A DNA stretch of 64,000 bases from a virus (IMGVR_UViG_3300033144_001700:270-64269); one strand, 5' to 3'; shown: positions 20,013-28,779, counted from the first letter of the stretch. Numbers and translations: made by a program. Notes: generated by a model not told the origin, from the sequence alone.

Positions 20013-20041
20013 ATTATCAGACCTTCACCAGTTCTTGTCAA
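20013..20041 (-). promoter_or_regulatory. Sigma70-like promoter TTGACA-N17-GATAAT
   Basis: Read directly; followed by CACATCAG-ATGAAGAAC as at 49444. Confidence 0.75.
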
Positions 20042-20310
20042 GCGTCAGTTAGCTTCGGCACCCGTGATAGATTCGGCTCTACCCGCAAGAGCACCGGCAC
20101 CATCGGATTGCCCTTGCCCACGCTCACCCAAAGCTCTATCGACGCGCCTGCGGCCACCAGGCCGCGCTCAACGTCGTCTAACGACCACCGGCTATACACA
20201 CTGCCATCTTCCAACGGAACGGCTGGTAGCGTCCTGTACTCGTCTTGGTTCTCAGCGAAGCGCACCGTCAAGTCTGGTCGATCTTCTACAGGCGGGTCAA
20301 TCGGGTTCAT
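20038..20310 (-). CDS. Hypothetical protein
   Basis: Coupled ORF; AENQDEYRTLPA motif. Confidence 0.6.
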   Translation of the reverse strand: MNPIDPPVEDRPDLTVRFAENQDEYRTLPAVPLEDGSVYSRWSLDDVERGLVAAGASIELWVSVGKGNPMVPVLLRVEPNLSRVPKLTDA

Positions 20311-20647
20311 CGTTCATCCCTAACGCTTTCTCGATCTGCTTCATCAACTGAAGCGTCTTGGTGTCCGAACATCCAGAGCGGAACGTGCGCCACGCCTCTA
20401 GCGCCTTGGCTCCCTTGGTGCCTTCCCTCTTCAAGTGATAGGCGGCGTCGCCTTCGTGGTTCAACCTCTGGTAATCGGTTGGCTCGTTGTTGGCCAGCGC
20501 GTTCGCCATCGACTGCGCCATATCCCACGTCGGGAACTTCATCGGCTCTGGAATCTGGTTGCAAGCGTTCTCACCGCCTAAGAGTTTCCAGTGCTCGACT
20601 TCGTTGTCGTGCGCGCCAGGTGGATGCTCCCTAACCCAATAGTTCAT
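20297..20647 (-). CDS. Hypothetical protein
   Basis: AAGGAG RBS; ATGA overlap with the upstream gene. Confidence 0.55.
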   Translation of the reverse strand: MNYWVREHPPGAHDNEVEHWKLLGGENACNQIPEPMKFPTWDMAQSMANALANNEPTDYQRLNHEGDAAYHLKREGTKGAKALEAWRTFRSGCSDTKTLQLMKQIEKALGMNDEPD

Positions 20648-21231
20648 TTCGACTCCTTCTCGTCTAAGCACGTACAGTCCACGCGCTCGCACTCCAAAGC
20701 TCTGACGATCAGCGACGTGAGCTTATCGCTAGGTGTGCCGCTCCACTTTGTTGACAAGGTCAACAGGCTGGTCTCGTGCAGCTTGTCGCGGCGCAAGATC
20801 GCGCTGTACCGTCCGCAGTCTTCGCACTGCATCGCGACTGGCGTACCAATCAACGTCTTGATGTTGCCTTGGTAGTCGATCCGCACATCGGCGTTCCTCG
20901 GCCCTGCCCAGGCATCGGGATACTCGCCGCTGGTGCTCCTGTACGCATCATGCTCGTACGGCTTCGAGTTGGCCGGACGGCGTGTATCCACATCGCGCCA
21001 CTGCATCGGTTCGAGACAATCGTCGTAAGGACACAACATCACATCGTCGCTCGGCTCCAACCAATGCGGCATGAACGGCTCCGGCATCTTCATCCGACTG
21101 ATGTAGGTCACACCGTCATCGATGTGTACCGCGTGGCCGACCATCGCGTCGATGGTCGCTTGTGAAAGTCCCGGCCACAGCTCTCGCGCGTCGGCCATCG
21201 ACTGCCACTTGTCTGTGAGGGAATCAGGCAT
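20644..21231 (-). CDS. Hypothetical Cys-containing protein
   Basis: Coupled ORF with CPYDDC and CEDC motifs. Confidence 0.55.
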   Translation of the reverse strand: MPDSLTDKWQSMADARELWPGLSQATIDAMVGHAVHIDDGVTYISRMKMPEPFMPHWLEPSDDVMLCPYDDCLEPMQWRDVDTRRPANSKPYEHDAYRSTSGEYPDAWAGPRNADVRIDYQGNIKTLIGTPVAMQCEDCGRYSAILRRDKLHETSLLTLSTKWSGTPSDKLTSLIVRALECERVDCTCLDEKESK

Positions 21232-21487
21232 CCGGCCCCGCCAGGGCTGGCGGTCGTAGCAGCTTACCCGCTTCGTTCAGCGCCAGTGCGCCCTCGATGC
21301 TCGGCACGACCGTGATGATGTCGGTCAGTGAGTCCGGTGGCCAGCCGCCGCATCTCGTCACGATCTCCTTGATCGAGTCCGGCCCACAGATCAGCCGACC
21401 GCTGAGCGGCTTCGACGGATCGATGTAGTCCTTGAACGCCTCTTGCAGAATGTCGGCGTCCGTCACCCGTGCTTCCGGTGTACTCAT
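21224..21487 (-). CDS. Hypothetical protein
   Basis: Coupled ORF with RBS. Confidence 0.5.
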   Translation of the reverse strand: MSTPEARVTDADILQEAFKDYIDPSKPLSGRLICGPDSIKEIVTRCGGWPPDSLTDIITVVPSIEGALALNEAGKLLRPPALAGPDA

Positions 21488-21738
21488 TCGCCTCTCCCTT
21501 CGTAGTTCTTACCCCACTTGCGGCTCTTGCGGTACTCTTCCTGTTCCCAATCGTCCTGACGCGCCAGCGCTCGACCGTCGCGAGTGAAGTAATAGACCAC
21601 CGGCCTTATCACATCATCCGGCTCGCCGCTGCCTTCATGCACCACGATCTCAACCACCTCGCACAGTCGGCCCTTAGAACCCGCTGACGAGCGGACATCG
21701 AAACCGCCTATCGGTATTCCGTGATCGAAATCAGTCAT
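21484..21738 (-). CDS. Hypothetical protein
   Basis: ATGA overlap with the upstream gene. Confidence 0.5.
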   Translation of the reverse strand: MTDFDHGIPIGGFDVRSSAGSKGRLCEVVEIVVHEGSGEPDDVIRPVVYYFTRDGRALARQDDWEQEEYRKSRKWGKNYEGRGE

Positions 21739-21956
21739 CGTCTTCTTACCATCCTCTGTATCTTGCGTACCCGTTTGATCTCGTGCCAAGAATTAGGGTT
21801 GACCAACCACCGCAGTTCGCGCTCCAAAATCTTGATGCGCTTGGTCATCGCGAGGACGCAATCAACGCACCAAGGCGCACCGCTGCGATGGCCCTCTTCG
21901 TGTCCGCACGACCAGGCCTTCCATTCCTTCTCTAGCCGCTCAGCTTGTGCGCTCAT
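21735..21956 (-). CDS. Hypothetical protein
   Basis: ATGA overlap with the methyltransferase stop. Confidence 0.5.
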   Translation of the reverse strand: MSAQAERLEKEWKAWSCGHEEGHRSGAPWCVDCVLAMTKRIKILERELRWLVNPNSWHEIKRVRKIQRMVRRR

Positions 21957-22834
21957 TCTACTACGTTATAGCTGAACGCATCCCATCCCGCTAGGCGGTG
22001 GCCGATGTACTCTGCCACGGGTACGGTCACGGCGTCGCCTAACGCCTTGTACCGGTCGGGATCACTGCCGTGTGTCCAGTCATCGGGGAAACCCTGCAAC
22101 CGCTCGCACTCGACTGGTAGCAGTCTCCTGACGCGCCCGTCCTGCACCGCCAGGTTGTACGCTTCGTCGCCGCTCGGCCCACCTGATCCCTTCAGCCACT
22201 TCCCGCTTACGGTGCCAGCAACTTCCTGACCGCCTTTTCCACTAAGGACGGCAGTGGTATTCCGCGTTTCTCCGCTCGGCGCTGTAGTCCCTGCGCCGCC
22301 TTCGGAGTCAACCAGTACCGCTCCGGCACCTTCGACGCCGAAGTTAGCACGTCCGACAATGAACAAACGTCTCCGGCTCTGTGGAACTCCAAAGTGTCTG
22401 CTGTTAAATACATTCCAGCTAACGCCATACCCAAGCGCCTGAAGCGTTGCGGTGACGTGGACGAAATCTCTGCCATCGTTTGAAGAGAATAGTCCGGCAA
22501 CATTTTCAATGACGACCCAACGCGGCTGTATTGCGCCCAGGCATCGAGCAATCTCCCAAAAGAGAATGGATCGCTCTCCCTCGATCCCGCGCCGACCAGC
22601 CGTGGTGATCGTAATATCTTGGCAAGGAAAACCCGCTGTAATGCAATCGACTGGCTCCGCGTCGGTGGGATCGAACGTTTCGATGTCATCGAATCTCCTT
22701 ACGTCTGGCCAATGGTTCCTCAGAACGTCCAGCCTGTACGGTTCCTTCTCTACCTGCCACACAGTCTCGTGGCCTGCTCTCTCGAAGCCTAAGTCGAAGC
22801 CGCCGATGCCGCTGAACAGGCTACCAATCTTCAA
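21953..22834 (-). CDS. dcm: DNA (cytosine-5)-methyltransferase
   Basis: Motif I LFSGIGG, IV GFPCQ, VI ENV, VIII PQSRRR, RLQGFPD, X GDAVTVP; probable TTG start at 22834. Confidence 0.93.
   Translation of the reverse strand: MKIGSLFSGIGGFDLGFERAGHETVWQVEKEPYRLDVLRNHWPDVRRFDDIETFDPTDAEPVDCITAGFPCQDITITTAGRRGIEGERSILFWEIARCLGAIQPRWVVIENVAGLFSSNDGRDFVHVTATLQALGYGVSWNVFNSRHFGVPQSRRRLFIVGRANFGVEGAGAVLVDSEGGAGTTAPSGETRNTTAVLSGKGGQEVAGTVSGKWLKGSGGPSGDEAYNLAVQDGRVRRLLPVECERLQGFPDDWTHGSDPDRYKALGDAVTVPVAEYIGHRLAGWDAFSYNVVE
22207..22689 (-). CDS. Alternative-frame ORF nested in the methyltransferase (putative beta polypeptide)
   Basis: 160-aa open frame; CSLSDVL...VPERYWLTPKAAQGLQRRAEKRG resembles beta polypeptides of two-chain C5 MTases. 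Confidence 0.6.
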   Translation of the reverse strand: MTSKRSIPPTRSQSIALQRVFLAKILRSPRLVGAGSRESDPFSFGRLLDAWAQYSRVGSSLKMLPDYSLQTMAEISSTSPQRFRRLGMALAGMYLTADTLEFHRAGDVCSLSDVLTSASKVPERYWLTPKAAQGLQRRAEKRGIPLPSLVEKAVRKLLAP

Positions 22835-23156
22835 TGGTTCGCGGCTCCCACCTCTCGGTGCCGTCCAGCGGCAACCACCACTCGACTCTGTACCCGTCCC
22901 TGTGGGCCTGTACCGCGATTCTACGCAGCATCGCGTACTCAGCCGTCCTCTTGTCCATCTCTTCGTCATCGCGTCTGTACTGGCCGTCTGCCAGGTACGA
23001 GCCTTTCCATATCTGACGTTGCCTGACTAGGGTGCGACCGCCCTGTCGGTACGCCTCTACCTTGATGATCGCAGGATGCGTACAGCCGCAGTCGTCGTCG
23101 CCGCAATCCCAAATGTGGAAGAGCAAGCAACTGAAGTTGATGACCTTACTGTTCAC
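22821..23156 (-). CDS. Hypothetical protein
   Basis: GGAG RBS; overlaps the MTase start. Confidence 0.5.
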   Translation of the reverse strand: MNSKVINFSCLLFHIWDCGDDDCGCTHPAIIKVEAYRQGGRTLVRQRQIWKGSYLADGQYRRDDEEMDKRTAEYAMLRRIAVQAHRDGYRVEWWLPLDGTERWEPRTIEDW

Positions 23157-23443
23157 GACATTCTCCGTAGCGGCACTGGCTTCACGCTACCACCAACATT
23201 CTCGCGTTCGCCTGTCGAAGCCACAAGGCAACAAAAGGCCAGTGCTTGACTAGCTTGCGAGCGGTAGCAACGTTGACGTACATGATCACGCTTTACTCCA
23301 TCCTCCGAATCCCTGCCACCACGCGTCCCACACCCTCGACGTAACTTCACCACGGCACACGAACTCGCCGTCGATGATCACGACGAACTCGTAAGCCACG
23401 ACGCCGAAGAGAGGATGGCGAATCGGCTTGCGTGTGATGTCGA

Positions 23444-23710
23444 TCACGGTTCCGGCACCTCAGTGCATCTCTCGAACTCTGCACAGAAGTCGTTGGCGAT
23501 ATCGCCAACGTAGCCGCCGACACCAAACAGCGACGCCAGGGCGATCACTGTGATGGCCAGCAGCAAGCTCGCTGCTACCTCGAACGCGAAGTGGTGATCG
23601 ATGCGCAGCCTCAGTCCGCCGCTCTTAGCTATCCTGTCCAAGTAATCGGCCCTCTGCTCTTCATCCATCGCGTCTAGTTGACGCTGCCACTTGTCTTTCT
23701 CGTTCATCAT
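23444..23710 (-). CDS. Small membrane protein
   Basis: Hydrophobic stretch VAASLLLAITVIALASLFGVGG. Confidence 0.55.
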   Translation of the reverse strand: MMNEKDKWQRQLDAMDEEQRADYLDRIAKSGGLRLRIDHHFAFEVAASLLLAITVIALASLFGVGGYVGDIANDFCAEFERCTEVPEP

Positions 23711-23795
23711 CCGAATTAAGGGACGGCAAGGCAAGAGGGGGACTCCACAAGCTGCCCGTGCCAATCCTGATGCTTGCTACCCTGCCGTCCCTTAC

Positions 23796-23824
23796 GGTAT
23801 GGGACGGAGCCACACCATCGACAA
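23796..23824 (-). promoter_or_regulatory. Putative class-II promoter TTGTCG-N17-CATACC
   Basis: Same -10 (xATACC) and 17-nt spacing as five other intergenic sites. Confidence 0.45.
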
Positions 23825-23900
23825 GGCTCCACAATCCACGCACAGGCGCTCAGCGGCCTCTACGGTGGCCGTCCACTCATCAGCCATCCAAACACTCACA

Positions 23901-24158
23901 TCAAGCGTGTGACCGCGCCCACGCCCACGCTGCCGTGTTGACCGATCCCGCACGAGAGTGGTAAGCCTTTCGGGTCACATGGATCGCCTTCGACCAGGCC
24001 TCAGCACCGCACGTACAAAAGATCACGATCATCTGTAACTCGCTCGTGTACTCCAATAGTGTGACCTTAGGCCTGTGGTCTGGATTGCCGTGGCCCTCAG
24101 CTATCATCTGATCCTGCGGCGACGTGATGTCGTCTACAGTCTCGCTGATCTCCGGCAT
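23901..24158 (-). CDS. Hypothetical protein
   Basis: GGAG RBS; TGATG overlap. Confidence 0.5.
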   Translation of the reverse strand: MPEISETVDDITSPQDQMIAEGHGNPDHRPKVTLLEYTSELQMIVIFCTCGAEAWSKAIHVTRKAYHSRAGSVNTAAWAWARSHA

Positions 24159-24478
24159 CAGTCAGGCTCCCGTGGCATCATCATCGCTGGCTGATCGGCG
24201 TGTCGGTGCATCGTTGGTTGACTGCACTTCGTGTAAGAGCACACGTCGTACATCTCCCTGTCCTCGTCATCACCGGAGCGTGGTAGCACCTCAACGATCT
24301 CCGACCACTCGTCTCGGTATGGTGCCAGAGCCTTGTCAAGCGCCTTCAGCGCAGCGTTGCCGTCCTCAACGATCTTGGCCATCGCTATCGCCATCCTGTT
24401 CAGCGCGACCTCCAGGTTATCCATCAGCGTGCCAGTACTGCCAGCGACGCCAAGGCGACCACCATGATCGCGATACAC
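24158..24478 (-). CDS. Hypothetical protein (start uncertain)
   Basis: Coupled ORF. Confidence 0.45.
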   Translation of the reverse strand: MYRDHGGRLGVAGSTGTLMDNLEVALNRMAIAMAKIVEDGNAALKALDKALAPYRDEWSEIVEVLPRSGDDEDREMYDVCSYTKCSQPTMHRHADQPAMMMPREPD

Positions 24479-24696
24479 AGGACGTACTCGGCCAAACCGG
24501 GCGGCGTATCGCGTGAGTCAGGCATCAATCAACCTGTTCTGTTGTCTGTGCCACGCGCTGTCGCCTTCCATGAAATGGAGACAGGTTTCGATGTGCATCG
24601 TCTTCGTCCAGTCGTCGGTCGTAAACGCTTCAGTGCGCGCCGCCAGGTAAGCGGCTATCAGGTACTCGCGGATGAACTCGTGCGTCATCACGTACC

Positions 24697-24725
24697 GGTA
24701 TGGGCGCGCGTCCTCTACCTGTCAA
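24697..24725 (-). promoter_or_regulatory. Putative class-II promoter TTGACA-N17-CATACC
   Basis: Read directly; -35 overlaps the end of 24715..25179; GTG/ATG 5-8 nt downstream. Confidence 0.55.
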
Positions 24726-25179
24726 GCAAGGCGCGCAACTTCCTACGCGCTCTGTAAAGGCGCTGACGCTCGACTCCCGTTGGCACCACTCCACTATCCC
24801 TCTTCAGCACCAGCGCTATCGCCTCGCGTCCTACAGCGTGGCTGGCGACCTGTCTCAGCGTCATCCAGGCATCCAGGTTGAAGGTATCCGACAACCGCGC
24901 CACACGCCGGTTAAGTGGTTCCTCTTCGTCTGCGTCGTCCAACGCGTTGCGTGGGAACCGCTGCTCTTTGATCGACATATCGATCGCGACTCTCTGCCCT
25001 GCCAGCGTCCAGTACGCCTTCGGCATCTCTTCCTCGGCGGGATGGTTCCGGAGGTACTTCATCGCCACCGTCTGTGCTACGTCATCGATCATCTCTCTAT
25101 CGTGGCGCAGTACCCGCCAAGCTGCCCAACGCACCGGCCCTTTGCGACCGACCGCTTCTACCATCTTCATATCTCTCAT
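24715..25179 (-). CDS. Divergent ECF-sigma-like protein
   Basis: IDDVAQTV..KY...YWTLAGQRVAID (region 2-like) and RQRLYRARRKLR (region 4.2-like). Confidence 0.55.
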   Translation of the reverse strand: MRDMKMVEAVGRKGPVRWAAWRVLRHDREMIDDVAQTVAMKYLRNHPAEEEMPKAYWTLAGQRVAIDMSIKEQRFPRNALDDADEEEPLNRRVARLSDTFNLDAWMTLRQVASHAVGREAIALVLKRDSGVVPTGVERQRLYRARRKLRALLDR

Positions 25180-25197
25180 TGCTCCATAGCTGGCGCA

Positions 25198-25476
25198 TCA
25201 AAACACCGCTAGCACCAGATTGACAACTGTCAACGCTCCGGCCTGCGTAGTCGATGGTACGCCTGTTCCGATATCTACTCTGTTCAGTCCTTCCAAAGCG
25301 AGCAATCCGGCGACACCAATTCGTGTTGCCAGTTCGATCAACTTGGCGCGATCCGCTTCCGGCTTCTCTGCGTTGCGTACTGCCTCGCGGCGGTCTATGT
25401 ACGACTGCAAGTCTGACCGAAGCAACTGAATGTCGCTGTGCATCCTCTCGAACGCGACTTCCCAATCTTCAGCCAT
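25198..25476 (-). CDS. Small coiled-coil/membrane protein
   Basis: TGATG overlap; N-terminal heptads and hydrophobic C-terminus. Confidence 0.5.
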   Translation of the reverse strand: MAEDWEVAFERMHSDIQLLRSDLQSYIDRREAVRNAEKPEADRAKLIELATRIGVAGLLALEGLNRVDIGTGVPSTTQAGALTVVNLVLAVF

Positions 25477-26126
25477 CAGTTGGTTACCTCGAATGTATCT
25501 GTCTCCGCATGGATGACCTGATCGCTTCCAGGCACCGTGGCAAAGTAATGCTCGGTGTACACCCAAAAGCCTGCGGTCATCCGCTCACCGTTGGACGGTG
25601 TAAAGTTACGATGGTCACAGAACGCGTCGGTGCCGTTTGTGCGTCCCTCGAACTCAACTCGAAAGTCATCTGTGACCGCCAGGTACGGAGGATTGCCGTC
25701 TTCGTCTAAGGGCGGCTCGCTGCCATCTGGTAGAGCGACCATCTGGTAGCTGCTGCTAATTGATATCTGCTCTAATCCTGAGTCGGTGCTACACCGCGTA
25801 GCGATGATCTGCTGCGGTATCCCCTGCGGCAACGGGTCTGTCAGCGCCACGAGCGTGCCTTGCTGTAGCGGCTCGTACGGCTCGTTGCTAGCCTCGTCAG
25901 CCAGCGTCCCGATGATGAACAAGGCCACGGCTCCGATCACGACCGCTGCGCCTGCGTATCCGCTGTACCGCGTCCACAAGAATCTCGCTCTGGTGACGAT
26001 CGGCTCTGCTGCTGGCGGCGCTGGTGTCAAGCTAGGTGTGCTGTCGCTGTACTTCTTCTCGTGCTGCACCTGTTGCTCTTGCAGCCTGTCTAGGCGCTCT
26101 CCGATCGTCTCTTGGTCACCGTTCAC
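25476..26126 (-). CDS. Single-pass membrane protein with extracytoplasmic domain
   Basis: TM segment YAGAAVVIGAVALFIIGTL followed by a beta-rich domain with two Cys. Confidence 0.6.
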   Translation of the reverse strand: MNGDQETIGERLDRLQEQQVQHEKKYSDSTPSLTPAPPAAEPIVTRARFLWTRYSGYAGAAVVIGAVALFIIGTLADEASNEPYEPLQQGTLVALTDPLPQGIPQQIIATRCSTDSGLEQISISSSYQMVALPDGSEPPLDEDGNPPYLAVTDDFRVEFEGRTNGTDAFCDHRNFTPSNGERMTAGFWVYTEHYFATVPGSDQVIHAETDTFEVTN

Positions 26127-26341
26127 AGAATCGAGTCCAAGATCTGCCGTCCGCTCTTCTTGACCGGTGGCTTCTTGGCGTCCTTGCTGGCGACGTGCGT
26201 TGCGTCCGTACGCTTGACGTGCCGAACGCCCTTGCCGGTGTCCACGAATAGGTGCGCACCGTCGCGACTCAACCCGCGTACAACACCTGTTGCTCCGTTG
26301 GTGATCTTAACCTTGTCACCGCGCTTGAACTCCGTTGCCAT
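26123..26341 (-). CDS. Small SH3/KOW-like basic protein
   Basis: FKRGDKVKITNGATGVV; GAAAGGA RBS. Confidence 0.55.
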   Translation of the reverse strand: MATEFKRGDKVKITNGATGVVRGLSRDGAHLFVDTGKGVRHVKRTDATHVASKDAKKPPVKKSGRQILDSIL

Positions 26342-26463
26342 GTGCGACGTTCCTTTCGAGTTAGGGACGCTGACATCGACCATCTCCTGTGCCGATGCCA
26401 GCGGGGTTAAAGGGGGTGCCTTACCCGGTTCCCACTCTAGTGTCGCCATTCGGGACAAAGCGA

Positions 26464-26490
26464 AAGCCGGAGCCTTAACGACTCCGGCTT
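26464..26490 (-). terminator. Terminator-like hairpin downstream of thyX
   Basis: AAGCCGGAG/CTCCGGCTT stem followed by TCGCTTT on the minus strand. Confidence 0.55.
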
Positions 26491-26615
26491 CCACCCATCG
26501 CACGCGTTCCCAACTTCAGTATCGACAGGAGCCGGGTTGCTGCGCCAGGTCCGTTTCAGCAGTCCCCATTGGAAACGGGCCTCGGCTCCTGTTCTGGCCA
26601 GGCGAACCAGTATCG

Positions 26616-27287
26616 CTAGTGCGGCATCAACCCGTCGAGCGTCGGGCAGTGGCTTACGAGAATCGTCCTCGCCGCCCTTGCGATCTCGACGTGCTCCAAC
26701 TGCGCCTGTTGCTCTGGATCGCAGCGGAGATTGATCCAGTGAATCCACGACCTGACGTTGGCTGTTGCGTACATCGTAGTGGACGCCATTTCAGGGAGCC
26801 AGAAGCGCGCCGACTCCTTGGCCACGCCTCGATCTAGCGCCTCGCTGTAAAGCTCTGTGACCATATCTTGGATGACCTCTGTCTGTTGGTAGAACCACGT
26901 CTTCGTGTCGGCGTCTAGCGTGTCTGTGGACGCCTGACGGTTCGTGGTGGACTGTGCTCGTGGATGAATCGCTTCCCACGCGATCACCTTCGCGTATCGC
27001 TGGCTGAACTCTTGCCAGCGGAACGACCAATGGCGCAGTAGCTGCCGCCCGATCGCTCGACTCGTCTTGATCTCCAAACACATCTGCACCATCTCGAAAA
27101 CCGACCAGTGGTTATTGCGGTAACAATGGCGTAATAGTCCTTCGATGTTCTCGTTGTCTTGGTTGGCTGGATTGCTCACGCGTGCCATTCTGACCAATGC
27201 CTTCTCAGGCTCCGGCGTGATCCACTCCAACCGCACTGCGGCTGTAGCCACGTTGTCTTGCTCCTTGGTAATCGGTGTATCCGTCAT
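26616..27287 (-). CDS. thyX: Flavin-dependent thymidylate synthase
   Basis: HWSVFE, RQLLRHWSFRWQEFSQRY (RH-x8-S-x-R), KESAR, NVRSWIHWINLR, AQLEH. Confidence 0.95.
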   Translation of the reverse strand: MTDTPITKEQDNVATAAVRLEWITPEPEKALVRMARVSNPANQDNENIEGLLRHCYRNNHWSVFEMVQMCLEIKTSRAIGRQLLRHWSFRWQEFSQRYAKVIAWEAIHPRAQSTTNRQASTDTLDADTKTWFYQQTEVIQDMVTELYSEALDRGVAKESARFWLPEMASTTMYATANVRSWIHWINLRCDPEQQAQLEHVEIARAARTILVSHCPTLDGLMPH

Positions 27288-27392
27288 CGGGGTCTCTCCT
27301 TCACTTTCGTATCGCCAGATTTTCGGAACGCCAAACGGCGGCTCCCACTGGTTACATGGTGAGCCGCCGTTGATCTGTCTAGCCAGAGAAAC

Positions 27393-27626
27393 TCAGCGGT
27401 CGTGCGCCACCGAGTGTACAAGGATGCCGATCTCCACGAGCAAATCGAACCACATACCTCGCACCACAAGAAGATCGAAAGCCAACATCTCGGTGTCGCC
27501 GCTGTCGATCGTGACACCGATGACGAACTCCTGTACGCGCTTGTCGGACACCGTGTCATCGGCCAAGGGCCGGTGCATCCACACCTCGACCGTGCCGGGA
27601 ATCGTCGTCACCTTAGTTGCCATCAT
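27393..27626 (-). CDS. Hypothetical protein
   Basis: Coupled ORF. Confidence 0.4.
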   Translation of the reverse strand: MMATKVTTIPGTVEVWMHRPLADDTVSDKRVQEFVIGVTIDSGDTEMLAFDLLVVRGMWFDLLVEIGILVHSVAHDR

Positions 27627-27891
27627 TTGAACCCCACCATCTGCTGATACACTCCATCGCGATCTCGCTGTTCGGGAAGCTGCCAGTTTCCTGCAAGCAA
27701 CCATTCTCGTCATTAAAATCGAAGAAGATCGTGTCGCCAGGTGAGATGTCTGTTGGCTCGGCGGCGTCCGCTCCGACGTACAGTTGACCGCCCTTGTCAA
27801 AGGAGCGGAAGAAAGCCATGCACCCGCCGCCTGTGTTGTAGTACTGCCAGCCGTCGTTGATCCACTGACGATACGTCTCGGTCGTCTTCAT
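27613..27891 (-). CDS. Hypothetical protein
   Basis: GGAG RBS; NTGGGCMA motif. Confidence 0.55.
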   Translation of the reverse strand: MKTTETYRQWINDGWQYYNTGGGCMAFFRSFDKGGQLYVGADAAEPTDISPGDTIFFDFNDENGCLQETGSFPNSEIAMECISRWWGSNDGN

Positions 27892-28223
27892 GCGTTTAGC
27901 TCCGCTTCCTCTTTGACGTGACAGCTTCCGCAAAGCCGTGGCTGAACGTTGGCCGCTCGCACCCTGACCCTGACGCCATCACGCGTGTGGCACCGCTCGC
28001 ACTCCAAGCGGTTGTCCATGATGCGCTCTTGTTCAAGCATCTCGTCAACGACCGCTGCCCGTTCTCGGTCTGACGGCATCGTTGGCGTGAGGTTGATGTC
28101 GAAGGGCGACGGATTCATCGCGATGATGATCCGCTGACCGCCTGCGTGCAAGATCTTGTATCGGTCACCGACCGAGTTGACGCGCACCAGCGCCTCGTCA
28201 ATCTGCTTCTCGTAAATGAACAT
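27888..28223 (-). CDS. Hypothetical zinc-finger protein
   Basis: GGAGCTAGGA-ATG start; CERC...CGSC. Confidence 0.6.
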   Translation of the reverse strand: MFIYEKQIDEALVRVNSVGDRYKILHAGGQRIIIAMNPSPFDINLTPTMPSDRERAAVVDEMLEQERIMDNRLECERCHTRDGVRVRVRAANVQPRLCGSCHVKEEAELNA

Positions 28224-28225
28224 TC

Positions 28226-28552
28226 CTAGCTCCAATCTGCTTCCACGTCCTGAGCCTCGAAGTCGGGTGCATCGATCTCAGGCGCTTCGTCTATCTCGGT
28301 TCCGGCAACCTCTGCCTCTAGGTCAACGTTGGCATTGGCGTTGCCGACGAAGTCCAAAGCGAACGCTGACGGGGTTTCGTTGTCATCCCTCTCGGCGTAC
28401 GGGATGTCGAACGGCTCCACGTAGTTGAGGTTCCAAGTTTCGTCGCGGTCTTCGACGCGAACTCGGATGTGGCTGGCCTGCGGCGAGCGCTGGCCTGCGG
28501 TGAAACCGACTTTGCCGGTTCCAGTGTTCTTGACGTATCCGTGGGTGATCAT
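28226..28552 (-). CDS. Hypothetical acidic protein
   Basis: ATGA overlap; its TAG stop lies inside the GGAGCTAGG motif. Confidence 0.6.
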   Translation of the reverse strand: MITHGYVKNTGTGKVGFTAGQRSPQASHIRVRVEDRDETWNLNYVEPFDIPYAERDDNETPSAFALDFVGNANANVDLEAEVAGTEIDEAPEIDAPDFEAQDVEADWS

Positions 28553-28740
28553 GCTGCGAATGTCTCTCGGATGTCGCCGGTAACAACGTCGTCGTCGCCG
28601 ACCATCTCGACGCCCTTGGCGATTGCTGCGCAGATCGCGTTGAACTCGTTGGTGGCCCCAACGATGATCTCGAAGCTGCCAGCGACGCGGCTGATGACTG
28701 TGACTGTGTAGGCGATTTCGGTGTTCTTGGTGTTCTTCAT
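28549..28740 (-). CDS. Hypothetical early protein (MKNTKNT...)
   Basis: AAGGAGCTAGGAAA-ATG start directly after a promoter. Confidence 0.6.
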   Translation of the reverse strand: MKNTKNTEIAYTVTVISRVAGSFEIIVGATNEFNAICAAIAKGVEMVGDDDVVTGDIRETFAA

Positions 28741-28779
28741 TTTCCTAGCTCCTTGGTTCTTCATCTCTTACCTGACTAC

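Noticed and set aside
25198-26126. Lysis cassette (holin/spanin)
   Set aside because: Membrane-protein features are present, but there is no recognisable endolysin nearby, so the call is unsupported
26534-26566. SRP RNA-like CAGGTCC...AGCAG sequence
   Set aside because: Lacks the GNRA tetraloop and closing GGA of SRP helix 8; resemblance is partial only
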